Shown here piece by piece: positions 1 to 15,500 of a DNA stretch of 64,000 nucleotides. A program made the translations under genes and the position numbers. The stretch lies in the NCBI GenBank assembly GCA_051362555.1, contig CM120648.1:3158587-3222586 (forward strand), given 5' to 3'. The notes beneath the pieces were generated by a model. The model searched no databases and was not told the DNA's origin. It saw only the letters and a program-made list of their open reading frames with translations. Each line of letters starts with the position of its first letter. Within the stretch, counting starts at the first letter, position 1. This DNA is from Lingula anatina (Eukaryota; Animalia; Brachiopoda).

Positions 1-763
1 ATTTACTTCAATCTCGTCCTCTCCCTAAGGGGAAAAAGAACAACTAAATAAATGGTCGGATATTGGAGATAAAGTTTCTTTAATCGGCCCATAGTCGGTT
101 TATTAAACTGTTCTGTTCAGCCGCTCCGGTGATTCTGCTGCAAGCTGACGGATCTTTGTGGTTCTGTAGTAACATTAAGAAGTCTTAAAAAACCCATGTA
201 ACAACGGACTGATACCAGCTATATCTATAATATATTCCTATTGTTGTAATGTTTGAAAAGCGTCTATTTTTTCTACTTTTTGTGGTGGCTTCAACATGCG
301 GCCGCATTTACTATTGATATAGGTAAGTGATTTATTGTACATTTTCTTTCATATTAATGATCATTTTATTTCTATTCAGAAAAGCGATTGGAACCCAACG
401 AAGTGCTATTTGTTTGGTGTTGTAACTGCCAATTCTTTAGCAGACAAATATACAAATGATTTTCTCGTAATTCAAAGCGCATACAGACATAATGGTGATA
501 TTAATAATAAGCGTAATTATAAAATGGATATTTTTTTTACATTTTGTAGATACCATTTGGTATATTGTCAGATTTAGTGATCAAACCAATAACTGCTTTT
601 ATTGCAGTGGCCTGGGACCTAGACTAAATTTGTAGACCAAACTATATTGTCCTTTTCAGCGCAAGATGAATTAGTTGTAGTTCAAAGAAATGAAATACTG
701 CGCCCGGCCATCTTATAACCGGAGAGACAGCTAACGTTTCAGACAAACACTTTCGTTATTTAA

Positions 764-1110
764 AGGGATGACAACTGTTCATTTTGGCCAAAAATTGATT
801 TTCCTGAATAAACGAATATTTCTCCATACTTACCGATGGTTAATAAATCCGTTCCGAGATTCAAAGCAAGTCCCTGTTTTCTTTTTCTAAAAAGTTAGTC
901 TTTTTTGTAATAATCTCTTATGAGATTTTAACAGAGGGTAGCCATCCGTTGAGGTCACATGGTTCGGTGGCAAGCACAGATTCCAGAATAATTTCGAAAA
1001 ACCCCGTTTTGGTAGCAGAATAGAATTTTAATTAAAATTATATTTCTATCACTTGTTAACAATGCATTTATTCATGTATATATTAATTCATTCGAAGAGT
1101 TGTTATCCCT
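764..1110. mobile_element. Non-autonomous DNA transposon (MITE) flanked by TTAA, Kolobok/piggyBac-like
   Basis: TTAA|AGGGATGACAACT ... AGTTGTTATCCCT|TTAA terminal inverted repeats. A second diverged copy in the opposite orientation lies at ~6055-6404. Confidence 0.75.
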
Positions 1111-3447
1111 TTAAGTAGACTGCTAAGAATTTATCTTAGATAGAAGTAGACGAAACAAAAAGTTTAGCCCGTTAGGTGGGGTTATAGGTATTTTGTAAGG
1201 CCGCCCCTTCGGTTTCTTCGTTCATCTCACGTCTCACGCAATAATGTTCACTTTGCATGCCGCGTTTTAAGTATTTTGTATGTTAATCGATGCTTTCTCG
1301 TTGATAATAACATGAATGGAGTCTTGAGTTAGGCAATATTGGCAATGAAATGGCAGTTATCTCGAAAACGAAACCGAGAGAGTTTCCCAAATAATCCCAG
1401 GGGTGTCTTTACTGTAATTAATATATCCAGATAGCATTTACACGCACATTAATAACGGCATGGTTGGTTTCGATAGGAAATGGTATAATGTCCCCTCGCA
1501 TGATTTTTCTTTATCTTGTTGCGGGTTATGATCAGTTTTGACATATATTTACCTGTACTGTTCTATGAGAAGCAGGTACAGGCATTTGCTTCTAATCTAT
1601 TGAAGGTGATCAGTTTTGTTTATAAATCAAGAAACCAGGCGGTAAATGTGAATTTCTGTAATAAAAGAAGACGGTTTGGCACTGGCAAGTGTGGTATGAC
1701 ATGTCAAAAGCCTTTGAACTCGTGTCGATGTTAAAGTATTGAAATAGTACATTACTTACAGATTCTCTTAATGGTGATAGAAAGAAAGAAAGGCAAATCG
1801 AGGACAAAAAAGGGAATGTGTCATTTATGTTGAATTTTCAGTAATAATCCCAATCAAAGCACAAACATTTGAGAAATTCGTGATGAGATGCCTTTCCGTT
1901 AGACCCGAAACAAAATTTTTATAAGCAAAATGAAAAATAAATAATAAATAAATAATAAATACAATTAAATAAACAAATAAACTTATTAATTAATTAATAA
2001 ACTTATTAATTATATCCGTTTTTTACTGTTTAGATTAAATCGTATCAAAAATAAGCCGTCAAGATGATGTACCTGAAACGACACTCCAATGGCCTGGTCA
2101 CGCGGTACAGCCTTGAAAACCAATACAAGGTCAAAGTATCTGTATACACTTGACACGTGCGTTCAGATTATTCATATTAAAACAATTCATTGTGGCTATA
2201 ATGATCCACTTATATTTAGTGCATTTAATTACCGCAACTGTGTTTACAAAACGTTTTTGGGTAACCTGTCTTGAATTCGTGAAGACCATCATTAAGTTTA
2301 TTACTAGTAGACTTTTTAATAATGTGTGTCCGTCAACTTGAATTTGACCTTAAATTTGTTGTTGGTCTATATAACGTGGGCCCCATGGCCAGAAAGGGTG
2401 GTGTTTACTTAGATTACTACGTTCAGTGTTATGGAGTCCCTAAAACATCCACTGTAATGATCGCCGTAGGTGAAAATGCCTCTTAAAGGTGGATCTTTTT
2501 GTACATGTGTTCTGTGAGCTACGAGTAGATTAACAAACTAGGAGCTCACATGGACCCTGAGTTTCAGAGTTGAATTAAGACATGACGGTGGTCCGACGTT
2601 GGCACGGTTGACATCTGATTGCCGATGGCTTTTCGGCGTTGGGTTAACGTTCAGTTGGCCTCCAAGCTTATATGCCGCCTTGCTTCCTGGGAAATTGTAT
2701 CTACATGTAGTGTCAGCTCCGTATACGTGTACCACCCTGATAAGGCAAGGTATAATGGGCAAAGACGAGATATTGCCAGCACCCCTGCCGAGACCCGCGA
2801 AACTCGGGGTGATCGTCAGCTGAAAGAGATCATCTTTACAACAACACAGGGATTCATTATTTTTTAGTGTACTTTGCCATTGACAATAATCTAATTTGTG
2901 TTTCTTTACTCGTAAATGTTACTGTTGGTGCGATTTGATGTATCTGATAAACGATATCGTTTCTTATGTGTGTTTAAATGTTTGGAAATTGGACAAGAAC
3001 TATATCAATCAGAGACGCGGTGGCTTGGTGAAAAATATTGATACGGTGGTGTAAGCGTCCTTTTTAATCAACTAGTGTTCTGATTAACTTTCGAGTCAGT
3101 TGTGTTGTACATTTACTCTGTAAGATACGACAAATAATATGCTTCCAAACATAAGTGGCATTAAAACGGACAGCGGGCACCGCGTTGATTTGTTATTGAC
3201 TTAACGACAATATTTATTATCAGTTAAGTTCAAGTGAGATACACTGCATTCCTTTGAGTTGATCTACGGGTTCTCGGCAGGAGAACGGTTTCTGTTAATG
3301 ATATGGGCGTGTCAAAGACCACAAAGAACGTTGATTACATATCGGACCTTGTAGACACGTGGTTTGAAATACTAGCTCATTATGCGAACATGTTTATTAA
3401 TCTAGTGCTCGCATTCACAATGCACAGTTAAGTTTCATTTTCCAGAG

Positions 3448-3448
<1 letters not shown>

Positions 3449-3515
<67 letters not shown>
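3449..3515. repeat. (TA)n microsatellite
   Basis: Pure TA run. Confidence 0.95.
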
Positions 3516-3517
<2 letters not shown>

Positions 3518-6054
3518 CCGGAACATCGAAAAATACTCCGTGACTTAAAGTAAAATGTGATGTCATGGCCATTTTAATGACAAATATAAATCATTTGGGA
3601 CATTATAAGGTGAAATAAAAGAAATGGACTGAATTCAGTCGGTATATCCGGTAGAACTGGATGAAGCATTTGGGATACATGATGATTTAGTTAGTATATG
3701 GGACGAATGTCACCTGTACAAAGTAATTGGGGAAGGACTATAATTCAGATTCCTGTTACACCGGTATAATTTGTATCACTAAGAATACCGCTCGATTTTA
3801 ACAGAGATTCTGACTCAGGGTGTTACGAGTGTGTGGGACTGAATGTAATACACTTATCCCCACACATACCAGCTTCGAAATATATTGCCTTTCACATCCC
3901 ATTTTAGCTGAATTGACTGACGCCAATTGGCATTTCTATACCATTCTTTAGCTGTCAATACGTGATGCATGCCGCTGTCATTAGGGGTCCCGTTTTAGTA
4001 ACCTAGACTGGGTTATTTGGTGGATAAGGGGGACAGAGATGCACGCGCGAGGCCATTAGGAATTGAAAAAAGGTTCAGTCTAACTATCATTCAACTCGAT
4101 ATTCCTCATGCAGCGCTGAGAGTGATCACTCGGAGTTAGACAGATATTATAACGTCACAGCGAGCCCTCTCTCTAGCCCATGTGTGAGGCCATTCTGTTA
4201 CAAAGATTCATGTTATCGGTGACTGTACTCGATCCACTTCCACATGTGAGAGGTGGTTTTCCGATACATTTTGAAGCCCAGGATGGCGCCTGTCAATTGA
4301 CCGAATCAATTTGTCTGTCTGTGTTTCGACGAGAGCTACAATGCAGAACTACTCACAGAGGCACATTCCACCACATTGCACACGCCAAAATGAACGATTT
4401 TCGTGACTTGCCATGGATGCCAAACTTTGAGTGACAGTATGGTCTGCTATTCCATGACTGACATATAACATATAGTGTCTAGTTAATGAAGTTTCGATTC
4501 ATTTCCGATTGTGGAATGTATTCATGAATGGTCCATTTATGGTCCATGATATGACGGATTAAAAAATATATATTTCTTAATTTTTTTAGCAAATTAAACA
4601 CAGCTTTTCTCGACTAGAAAAACATACTTACGGCCAATGAATAAGTAAATGCAATGGAATACAACGTAAAAACTGTCCACAAAATCGGAACATCTCGAGG
4701 TGCTTTGCTGTTACTTAATGTACACACAACAAGCCTTTTTTCACTATCAAGATTTTACGCATAAATCTAGTATATCCATATGCACTATACTCATTGAAAC
4801 TTGATTAAGGGGTTACCTTTCCTCAGAACAGAAAGAATACATATAACCCATACCCGTGTGATAAAAAAAAGATACAGAGAAATTAAATGAAGTGACACAG
4901 GGTTTGTAAAATGAAGCAAAAAAGTTAATAAATAATTTAAGAATAACAGAGAAATAGGGTGAGGTTTCATCACTATGCTATATCATATCCACCTATACGG
5001 TTACAGATATACAATTATTAGTACTCATTGTGCAAAATTAATTGACTTAATAATCAGGTAATAATCTGTCTTGCGTAACGGATTTATTAGCCTAGTTTTA
5101 AAGTAATCAATCGTGATGGGCTTGCATTTAATAAAGACGGCCTGGATTGGCCAGGTTACTAGCTTTATAGTTTATGTCGTTTGCCTTGCCAATTTTACGT
5201 GTATTCGCCTTGATGTGTGTTGTGTGGGATAAGATGGAGGAGACATATACACGTAATTTCTGTAACACGTGAAACGCTGGCACTCCATCATAATCATCCA
5301 GCAGTTTCAATCTCTATCGTATTCCGATCCAACGGAGTATTTGAAGCGACTTGGTAATGCAATTAGATCCTAGATCCCCTACTCGCAATTCGTCTGTATC
5401 GGCGCGATTAAAGTGGATTAGAATGTTATATTAAAGCAACAATAGCAGAAATAGCGTAATGTCCTGTTTTCCGTGAAAAGTGGCAGAAATAGACAGAGGC
5501 AGTGTTATATCATATGGCCTAGCATGGATGAAACAAAAGCAACTAGATAGCAAAATGTCTTTTGGTTGACGTATTTGCGTCATTAAATACGTGGCTTGTC
5601 AATCTTTGTCAGTGTCTGTTGAGTTTAGCACGTTTTTACAAAGGGTATCTGATACGTTTGTGACCTATGGTTATGTATAAAGAAGATATAATTACACACA
5701 TCATACAATTAAAAGTACATTTTTGAACACTGAAAGCGGCGAGGCATGTAATATTAGAATTGTGTCGTTAGGCAAAATAGCAAAGTAGCTAAGAAATATG
5801 ATGGCGATCTAAAATGGACTAGTTGATATAGGACCTATGGGTATGGCACTGAGATAGGTCCATGGCACGCCTTTAAATGACGTATAAACTGCAAGCAAAA
5901 GTTGGATTTATAGACATACATATATATCCTCGATAAACAAGGTCAGGCTGGTTAACAATTTTGGATCTGTTCAAACCTTCAACGACCTCACCTCCCTTGA
6001 AAGCATACATGTACAACCCAGGCAGCGGAATAGATCGAGTTCGAAATCGTGATC

Positions 6055-6404
6055 TTTAAGAGATAAGAGCTCTTTTTATGAGATCCATATTTCACAATAA
6101 ATACATTGTAAACAACTCAAAGAAATATAATGAGTTCTATTTTACCACCAAATCGGCGGTTATCGCAATTACTTTGGAATCTGTGCTTGCCATCGAACCA
6201 CGTGACGTCCATAGATGGCTACCCTCTGTAATAATCTCTTAAGAGATATATCAAGAAAAAAACAAGAAAAATAATAGGGACTACATGTGTAACTTTAAAT
6301 TTCGGGACCGATTCATTAAACACCGGTAAGTATGGAAAATTGTCGTTTACCCCAGGAAAAGCCATTTCGTGGCCGGCCAAATGCAGCAGTTGTTATCCCT
6401 TTAA
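6055..6404. mobile_element. Second, inverted copy of the TTAA-flanked MITE at 764-1110
   Basis: GGAATCTGTGCTTGCCATCGAACCACGTGAC..GATGGCTACCCTCTG is a near reverse complement of 930-985, and the copy ends AGTTGTTATCCCTTTAA. Confidence 0.7.
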
Positions 6405-7317
6405 CTTTTCACCGGCTATACCGGGGCCAGGGCTTACATGTACATTGTATGAGGCGCAATAAACACGTATGTTTTACTCCCTTCTCCACCTATTATATCA
6501 CCTTTCAACCTATAACGGTGCGGAATGGGACAACAGTGGTGTGTTGCACAGTGTGACGTGGTCCAATAGCGTCACCAATAGCTATTACCTGGGCAATAAC
6601 GATGCTATTAAGCCCTGTTTATTGCCAATATGATTTACAAAAGCTTCGATAACGATGAGGCTTCGATATATGTAATGCGCTTTGATTATTTTTAAATTCC
6701 CGGCAAAAGGTTTTATAGTTCGAAAAAGCTTCGAGAAGTTTAAAAAACTGGTTAAGTTGGACACCCTTTTGCTGGAGTATATGTATGGGGTCGGTCTAAA
6801 GTTGTGGAATTTATTTGGATGATGATTGGTTTTAGCCGTCTGTTGAGGGAAAGTTCAATGGTACATCAGGCGATATCAACCAAAGAAAAGATGCCTAACA
6901 GATTTTACCTAATGCTTATTAAATGTTCAATGAAAAGAGGCCATGTGGTTGTCGGACCCGTTTCATTGTTAATTTTCCCAACATGTTTCTAATTTAGCGC
7001 TAGGGTTTTAATTAACATTGCTTATGGACAATCGGCTATATGATTTCCGGAATTTATAAGCAATAGATCTGCACGGAATGATAAGTACAGTACAAAAATT
7101 GTAATGTCCGGCTGTCTAGACAGATAATGTGGTAAATGTGACACGCTCCAGCAAGCCAAACTGTGGAACCTTTTAGATCTCGTGCACGCGACCTTTTGTG
7201 TTGTCTCGAGCTTCGGATTGTTCCAGGAAATGTCTATGGATTTGGGACTTTGCCTGGGCTGGTAAATGTCTGTTGGTAATGTCTGTTGGTAATGTCGACA
7301 CTGCCATATTGGCTTTA

Positions 7318-7569
7318 GAGCGCAATCAGAACAAGTTGATCCGCGGACTAAATATGGCCGACCAACATAAAAGCGATGCCGCTTTCCCCCTGATGGTCTC
7401 CAACGCCTCCACACGCGACATCGCTGCTGGGGCCTAGCAATTAAACCTCAGAGCCAAGATTTGATCCGGGGTGACCCTCAGGGAATTAAGCGGCTTGCTT
7501 TTAAGCGGGATTGGTCCTTTTCAGTCGGCGGATCAGTTAGTCCGCGGATCATCTGTTCTGAATGCGCTC
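7318..7569. mobile_element. PIF/Harbinger (Tourist-like) MITE
   Basis: ~34-bp TIRs GAGCGCAATCAGAACAAGTTGATCCGCGGACTAA ... TTAGTCCGCGGATCATCTGTTCTGAATGCGCTC, flanked by TTA on both sides. Confidence 0.8.
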
Positions 7570-9232
7570 TTAGACTACAGTCGGTTGTTTTTGTTTTAAC
7601 TTAGTCGGCCACTGTCACCGTTGAAAGTGAAGCCATTTCCAAGATAATCAAAGTCTTCTCCGTTGGTTAGTTAAAAGCTTGAGGAATTGACATAAACGAC
7701 CTCTTAGCTTTTTTATGAAGTTATCTTATAAGTTAGCCGGGTAATATGCTTAGCAGTCTTTGCTAAGACCGAATGCTGGCTTTAATTCTTTTGTGAAGTA
7801 AGATCTGTGACGTATCTTCGATATCAATTAATCAAAGATAATACTGCATTCCCCGGGGAAACGTCCGGAATAGCAGTGAAAACCAAATAGAGAATATATT
7901 CAAAGACAGGACTCTGCTGTGAAAATAGGTTTCGATAGCGTTTAGATTGATTAAGATAACGTTTTCTCCCTTGCGTTGGTCAGTTGAATGATTAATGCTG
8001 CCAGATTTCGTGAAACCTGTCAGATAATTAATTTAATCATCCTCTGGGTCAGTTTTAACGCCATTAGTTAAATAAAGGCGCATTCAGATCACACTTATTA
8101 TCATTGCAGTCTTAGTGACGTCATCTGATTAAAAGATGAAAATTAATTGCCGTCGACAGAAAGCCATAACGTAATTCTTGTAAAACACGTGCAGTTGCAC
8201 CATATGGTTTGGTAAATATATTTGATCGTCTCTGGACAAAATAAAAAGAGTGATCCGAACTCCCCTGAGATACTTACGCTGTGTGAAAGTCAAAAAGCTG
8301 TGATTAAAATTCCAATTGTGGCATTAGGTAAGGTGGTGTTTCGCTAGTCGGTCAGTTTGCCCCAATAGCGGGTACACCGTTTTCGTATGTTAATCATGAA
8401 CAGCACTGTGTTTCGTGTGTGAACTTAAGAATAAAAAACAAACAGGTAATTTTAAAATAGTACAAGTTCTATATATTGTAGCGTATTTGTGTTGGGAAGA
8501 TTTACAAATCGGCATACGCACAAACATAACCGGTAACTCGGGTCATTCACTCTGAAAACGTCATCCGTCTCAGAATAAAATAAGAACTTGAATCTGGGCT
8601 GAAATATGTGACAGAGATAGGCATTTATTCCACGGTCTGTTGGGGATACTGTGACAGAACCTATAGATATCGTCATAACTCGGAGACTCTTGAAAAGAAC
8701 AACGGAGGCTCATGCTATTGCTATGTACAACAGGAGTCCGTTTCAAACGAGAAAAAAAATTGGTCTACTCCAGTTCCAGATGAATCCGTAGTAGTCCCGT
8801 GGGTAAAGTAAGTATTGGTCTAAAACATGCTTGCATAATGTTGACCATAAAGTATCTGTATTGGATGAAATAGCTTGATGTTTTGTAATGATTTCATCCG
8901 ACTTCTGGAGGTTTCTATAGAGCTGTTGAGTTCACAGGGTTACATTTAGGTTTAGATGATGTGTTTATCGTACACTTACAGATAAAAAATTTTTTGTCAC
9001 AAAAATCGAAGTTTGTTTCTGGCAGCCTTTTTATAATTTACAGATGTAATCCTGCTCTGTTTGTATGTTCTGCGGCGTAAAAATTCGATATCAAGATTTC
9101 GTATGGAGGCATAAATGAAATAAATAAAGAGGTCAATAAATAAACAAAAAGATTCCGAATATGGTTTTAGAATTTGTGTGAAAGGTGAAGGCCGAAGCTG
9201 ACAATAGACACGTTAAAGCACAGGGATCAAAA

Positions 9233-9452
9233 TAGCACCCCATTTCCAGAGATTAGATCGACCTACTTTAGATCGACCTAACTCCCTGGGGGTTCACGCT
9301 AAATAGCTGTCAGCCGGGCGGACACGAAAGTTAATTATCCCCTTACAGCTTGTAGTAGGTGGGACGGACATTTAAGTCAGATTATCTGAAAGTAATCTAG
9401 TGAGACTCCCCGCGGGGATAGATCGATCTAAAATCTATGGGAATAGAGCCTA
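9233..9452. mobile_element. ~220-bp MITE, copy 1
   Basis: Imperfect TIRs (TTTCCAGAGATTAGATCGA ... TAGATCGATCTAAAATCTATGGGAA). A near-identical copy lies at 47160-47379 and a degenerate one at ~33575-33735. Confidence 0.75.
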
Positions 9453-12400
9453 AGTCTCATTGGTTTCTTGAACCAGTCAATGATCCAATATGTTTTGAAT
9501 TCCGTGGTAATATCTTAATCATAAAATAAATTTAATCATTTCGTCATGGTCACTTGTCCAAACCCATTAGTTTTGACATATACCCACGGCGATCTGCCAT
9601 ATGCAATTTATGGCAATAGTAATGTTATACAATTCCGTGTTTCTTTTAATTATCAAATAAATTCGTATGAAGAGTATTTCCAATCAGCGATAACAACGAC
9701 GTGGACTGGGACGATAAATCAACTCCAAGTCATTATTAAATCTTGGAGAAAATTGCAAGACAGACAGAAAAAACTAATTAATGTAATTTTGTGTTTTACA
9801 GAGCGTGTCTGATATCAACTGTTTATTATCAAAGACATGCTCGAGTGGTTAAAAAGAACACGTCGTTTTCACTGCCGGTTTTTCAAAAAGCTGCATATCA
9901 TTTTTTTACATGTCTGACAGATGTTTGCATTATGTTCACTCAGATGTTACGTATGGAATTTTACTTTATTTCAAAGAGGTCGTCGTCCAATATTTTTGAC
10001 ATAGATTCGAATATGTTTCTTGCTTTTTTTCGGCACTTTTCAAATGTGGTTCTTTGGCATCATTTTGAAGGAGTTGTTCAGTTTTATCATTTGAAATCAA
10101 AACGCAATGTCTAAATACTGTATGAAAACAACCTAATTAAAAAAAACTAGTGCCTGGCAACTGAACGTTTCTCCTTTCTCTCACTGTTGAAGCTATGTCT
10201 TTGCATGGTAAGGCACTAGATTCGCCCATGCATGACCAGTTTGCCAGAAACAATTCTTTGAGTAATTTCATTACCTGTAATGGTGGGCATTCCATCATAC
10301 AGCTGTCACGCTTGGCATTGCCCGGCAAACCGTAACAAACAATTCCAGGAGTTCACCTGCTGTGTCATTGTTTGAATCAGTTATTTAGGAAATGTGTAAT
10401 GAAGACGTATGTCCATGTCCCATGTTATTTGAATCCTACGCCTCGTGTTCATATTTACGTCTGTTTTTTTTTTTTCTTTTTGCAAAAAGTAGCTAGGAAA
10501 ATATGAAGTCTTTGCATTATCGTTCACACACAAAACAGAGAATCCTCTCTTAAGAGCGTGATTCGTGCGCTTTTGTTTTTCTGTGTCTTTGTGTGCATAC
10601 GCATGTGCATACACGTAAATGCCTGTTAATCCCCGCACACACACACACCCGCGCGCACGCACAGTAATAATAATAATAATAATAATAATAATGAAGACAA
10701 ATGGCGACCTCTAAACGTTACTACTTGTGTAGTTTCTACTTATTTCCAATGCAACTTCATGGAATGGATGGTCACCATCTTACATCGGAAATATATATAT
10801 ATTTTGGCAAGTTCGGAACAAGTCGTATTCACACCCGGATGAACCTGACCCTCGCTCCTGTGTTTTTAATAGCTAAGGTACTGGCACGACCAGTCTGTTT
10901 GAGTGGTTTTTACTACAGGATAATCACTATCAACATTTTATGGATTCTAATGGCTATGCTACGGCATCGCGATCTCGGCCATTTATCATTACCAGCTGAC
11001 GAAAACCGACATTCCGCCGAGAAGATTAAAGCGTATTCGTGTTCTGCAATATTGCCAGTGCAGTCTCTCTCTCACTTCAGAATCAGATAAAATATTACAA
11101 TAACACGTATGTGTCTCAGGTTTCGAGTCGGTCACAGCATGCACAGAGAGATTTCCCATGTCGGCCGTCAGTGTCGCGTATATGGTTCAGGACCATAACA
11201 ATACATGGAGAGGCTGTTCACTCTCCCCCTCCTCCCTCTCTCTCCCTCTCTCTCCCTCTCTCTCTCTCTCACACACACACACTTTTAGGGGAGGGCGGAG
11301 ATAAGGACACCTCAAACACTAAGGAGGGGTACGAGACACAGCCCCCCCCCCCTCCCCGCGGGGTGTAACATTGCAGTCACCACGTATCACTGTTTTAATC
11401 AAAATATATACTCTGTAATGATGACGGGGTTATCGAGTACATTCAACACTTTATAGGCCATCTTTGCTGGTTTTCGAGGACAGTCTCTCAGTAGCCTCTG
11501 TAGCAAAGGTTTACTTCCGCTGAACACGTCACCGGGCTATTCAGTCATTCAGTGCAATTATAATTTACCTCCGATTAGATATGTATTTTATTCCTGAGTC
11601 TAGTTAGCACTGTGCCTGTACGCCTACATGGGTTTATTTACATGTTAAAGAGAACCCTGGAACCTGGTAATTAGCTGTAATCCATCACCCGGTGTGATTC
11701 GTGAAAGAAAATCTTCTTTTTTTTCTTTTGGCAACTTTGAAAAACGATTTCTCGGATTCTAAGTTTTTTTTTTCAGATCATGTCAGAGTGAGAATGTCAA
11801 ATAACCAACGGTTTTTTCCTTATCTTTTTTTTTCTTTAGTTGTACATAGTGCGACTCAAGAACAAGTTATCTGGTTCCAGATTCATTTAAATAATACACA
11901 CAGGAGTGTGCAGGAATGTGCGCGTGCGTGTGTCAATTCAGAACTCGTATAACTCTACTCCTTTTTTAAACTCCTTTTTTTCCACCACCATTTCTCTTGG
12001 ACCCCTTCCAAAGAAGCAAATATGATACACCTTGAGCGTTAGTATTCTTAGTAAGTCACGTTCATATCTACTGCGCTTGCAATATTTCAAAAATAATCAT
12101 GCTAATTATTGGGTTTTGGGGTGGGGTCAGATCAACCTCCCGCTTGTCAAAATCCTTACTTGCCAGTGGTTCTTAACACATTGTCTACCTCGTGCAGGTT
12201 TTATGTTCGGTACCATCAAGTTAGTCTTAGTGTCGGTGATAAAGTGAGTATCAAAATATAATAACAGCAGCTGCGGCGTTGGGAAACATGTAAAGGGTTG
12301 GAAACAGTAATGTCATGGCAGCAATGTTTATCAGCGCCTCTAGAACTGTGTGTATGGGTATGGTTGTTGCAGTTTTCTTTTTGAATAACCTTTTGATATA

Positions 12401-12519
12401 TTTTGTGTTGGTTAAAGGAAAGTAAATGATTACGCCCTTTACCTATGAAAGACTTAATGTGTCAATTATTGATTTGTATAATCTGTCGAACATCTATGAT
12501 GAAATTCAGACTTGAAATG

Positions 12520-12564
<45 letters not shown>
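12520..12564. repeat. (AAT)n microsatellite
   Basis: Pure AAT run; a similar one lies at ~10665-10692. Confidence 0.9.
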
Positions 12565-12566
<2 letters not shown>

Positions 12567-15500
12567 CACGACCGTCTAAAAGCACTTTAAGAACCACACC
12601 CGATGAAAGACGGAGGCGTGCACATAAATTGATTTTTATTCTATTCTCTAGGGGTAGCCAAGGAAATGTTCAATGCTGTTACGAAGTAAAAAAAATCAAG
12701 ACTAACAGCAATCTCAGTGAAAAAAAGTAACGGATACTTCTTTCAATCAGCAAGTACGTCTCAGATACATTGCATATCTAATTATGTGCACCATAAACCA
12801 CGGGCGCCTTTGACTTACTGTTGTGACCGCAGACTGTTCAAATTCTGAAACTTTGGATTGAATGATTCGCTAGTGCAGCCCCTTAATTATTAACATTAGT
12901 ACAATTTCCAGCATAATTAGTGATATTAATCAAATGAATTATATGCTTCCATTTAGGACAATCAGGCATTATCAAATCTATTTCAGGGCCACCCAGTGCA
13001 CCCGCACTTGTATTCTTCTCATCATTACAAATTAATTTCAATTCACTTAATAGCGATCTGTTCCTGATAAAGTCAGTGTCCTTTTAAAGGCTATATGTGT
13101 CATTATTTCATCTAATAAAATTATTTCAATGAGCAGATTCGAATGGAACACACGATAATTCATCTCTCCTAAGGATTGCCCTCTAATTGAATTTCCAAGC
13201 TGTCATATTTGATTATATTTTAGACGTCACCACGCAAGACGTCGCCGCGCAGAATTTCCCAGTCGCGAAGTCTGTAGGAACACGTGCACACCGCGTGTGA
13301 GTGCGAGCTGGAAACGGAAACACGACTAGCTACCGATGTCACGTAATAGTCCAATTATCTTGTCTCATCTTGTCATTTATGGTGCGACCCCATCTCTTAA
13401 CGTTACTCTTTTCTGAGGATAATTGTTCCGCTTCGGTGCTCTCAACACACTGGCCTATCTCAAATAGATAACATTAGTCGTGGAAGTTATTTATCCATCA
13501 TTCCCTAATCGGCGATTTGCTACTAGGTTTTGGAACAGATCGCTGGTGCATCACGCATGATAATGAAAGCAAACTGTCATTTTTCAACTATAAAGTTACT
13601 GTACTGGCAACACACTTGGATAAAAAAAAAACAGATAAAAATATGGACTAAAAGTAGGTAAGGTTGTCCGAAGAATTGAACCGTTATTTGGTGCAATTAC
13701 CTGTGCTAATGACATTTTTCTCACGAGGGAGCAAGTGATTTCAAAGGTGTGGTTTTTGCATTAGTTTTGATTGAGAAAAAGAAAAAGAGAGATTCTAAGT
13801 TTTGTGTAACTAGTTGCGTATATACTCCAAATACTTCAATGGGATTTTGAAGGGAAGCGGGGACATTATGTTTAAAGAAAAGGCGCTGATTGATAACTAT
13901 GACATGACTTCAATGTCCTATGTTCAAGATATGTATCATTCTTTGGTATTAAAAAATCACGTGGGTATTTGATACAGCACAAAGAGTCTTCTTCTGGTAA
14001 TATATAATAACACAATGCTAACAGGACCACAAATTTTAATAATACAGATTCAGTGGTACGACAGGCAAACATTTGCAGACCAAGTTTCGACCTAAAAAAT
14101 AAGAAAGGTGAGGTGAAGGTGACATTCATTCGAAAGAATTGAAACTGCGATCAAAATAAATTATTTCACGGAGTAGTCGGCGGCATTGATTCGTCCTTTA
14201 TGTCTCTGAGTAGAAAATAAATACAAACAGCCCCAGGCTGTTTCTGTCCGAACGATGGGCTAGCTCCACCAAACCGAGTATATGATTCAATTAATGGGCA
14301 AAGAACACATGGGATATGTTGGTCTGTTACTGTGCCGGTTTCTTTGATCATTGGGATCTCTCAAATATGGAAAAACTGATTATTGGCAATAGATAGGGCT
14401 CGCAGTCAGCAATGTCAGTGTATTATTTGTGTCTTACTCCCGGACAACGCAATATTACACAAATGTTTTATGATTTTATTGTGGTTATAAAGCTCATCAC
14501 ACTCGGAATAAAAAAGCACGTTACCTTGGGGACATAAATGAAAGTTATGGGCTTTGGAGATGTAAATTTCAATGTATTTTGTATTATGGCTTCGCTCATT
14601 GTTTCTGTATTCCAGAATTGTAAACAAAACGCATAGGAAAACACATCCAATAAGACAGTATCTGCAAGTGTGGATTATACAGTGGCTTTGTATTTCCATC
14701 TTTAAACATATACCTGTCCGAAAACCCATTCAAATGCTCTATGCCTTATTGTGGTCGCAGGCAAATGAAATTCTTCTTAAATGGTTTTATTTTAAAAGAG
14801 AACATCATTGTCCTCAGGCAAGTTTTTTCTTGCGTGCCAACCAATAGCATTTCATATTTGGTCATTTTACATTTAAATCTTTTATGTTACTTGAACTTGA
14901 CGAAATTTTGATAGAATAGATATGAATAAACCCCTTAAGAATATAAATTCATTCTGAATATCAATTTGTGTTATTTTTTAATGCAGTTCTTCTTATAATT
15001 ATTGTTTGAAAACAAAATACAGAGACATACTGAATTACTAGTACAAACTTATATCAGTAATTTTATACTAAAGGTCGCTCTTTTAAGTCAAATTGGCTGA
15101 AGACAAAACTGATGTGACCACATCCCATAATAACCGTAGCGATAACAACTTGAAGTCATTATAAACTGACGGCGTCATAACATTTCATATTATATACGGA
15201 GGAAAACAGATGGGCGGTCAATTAAATTCAACATAAACGGAATACTTCAAGTGATCCAGCGTGCACATGCATATAGACCTACTCACCTTTTCAGAAGCGG
15301 GTGAAAACGCATCCTAGTTCTCGAGTACTTGAATACAGAACTTAAAAGTGGGTCAAAAATTCTGTAGAAAATTCTGTACAAAAAGTAGTACATGTGTATA
15401 TTGTCCAAATTAAGGAAATAATTAGAAAAAACACGTCCTTCATACATTTCAGGTAAAAGAAGTCAATAGGACAACCTACAAACAAGAGTTGACACGGAGC

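Noticed and set aside
335-15000. Many short ORFs upstream of TMEM26
   Set aside because: They show no family motifs or phase-consistent exon chains and are consistent with chance ORFs in AT-rich DNA.
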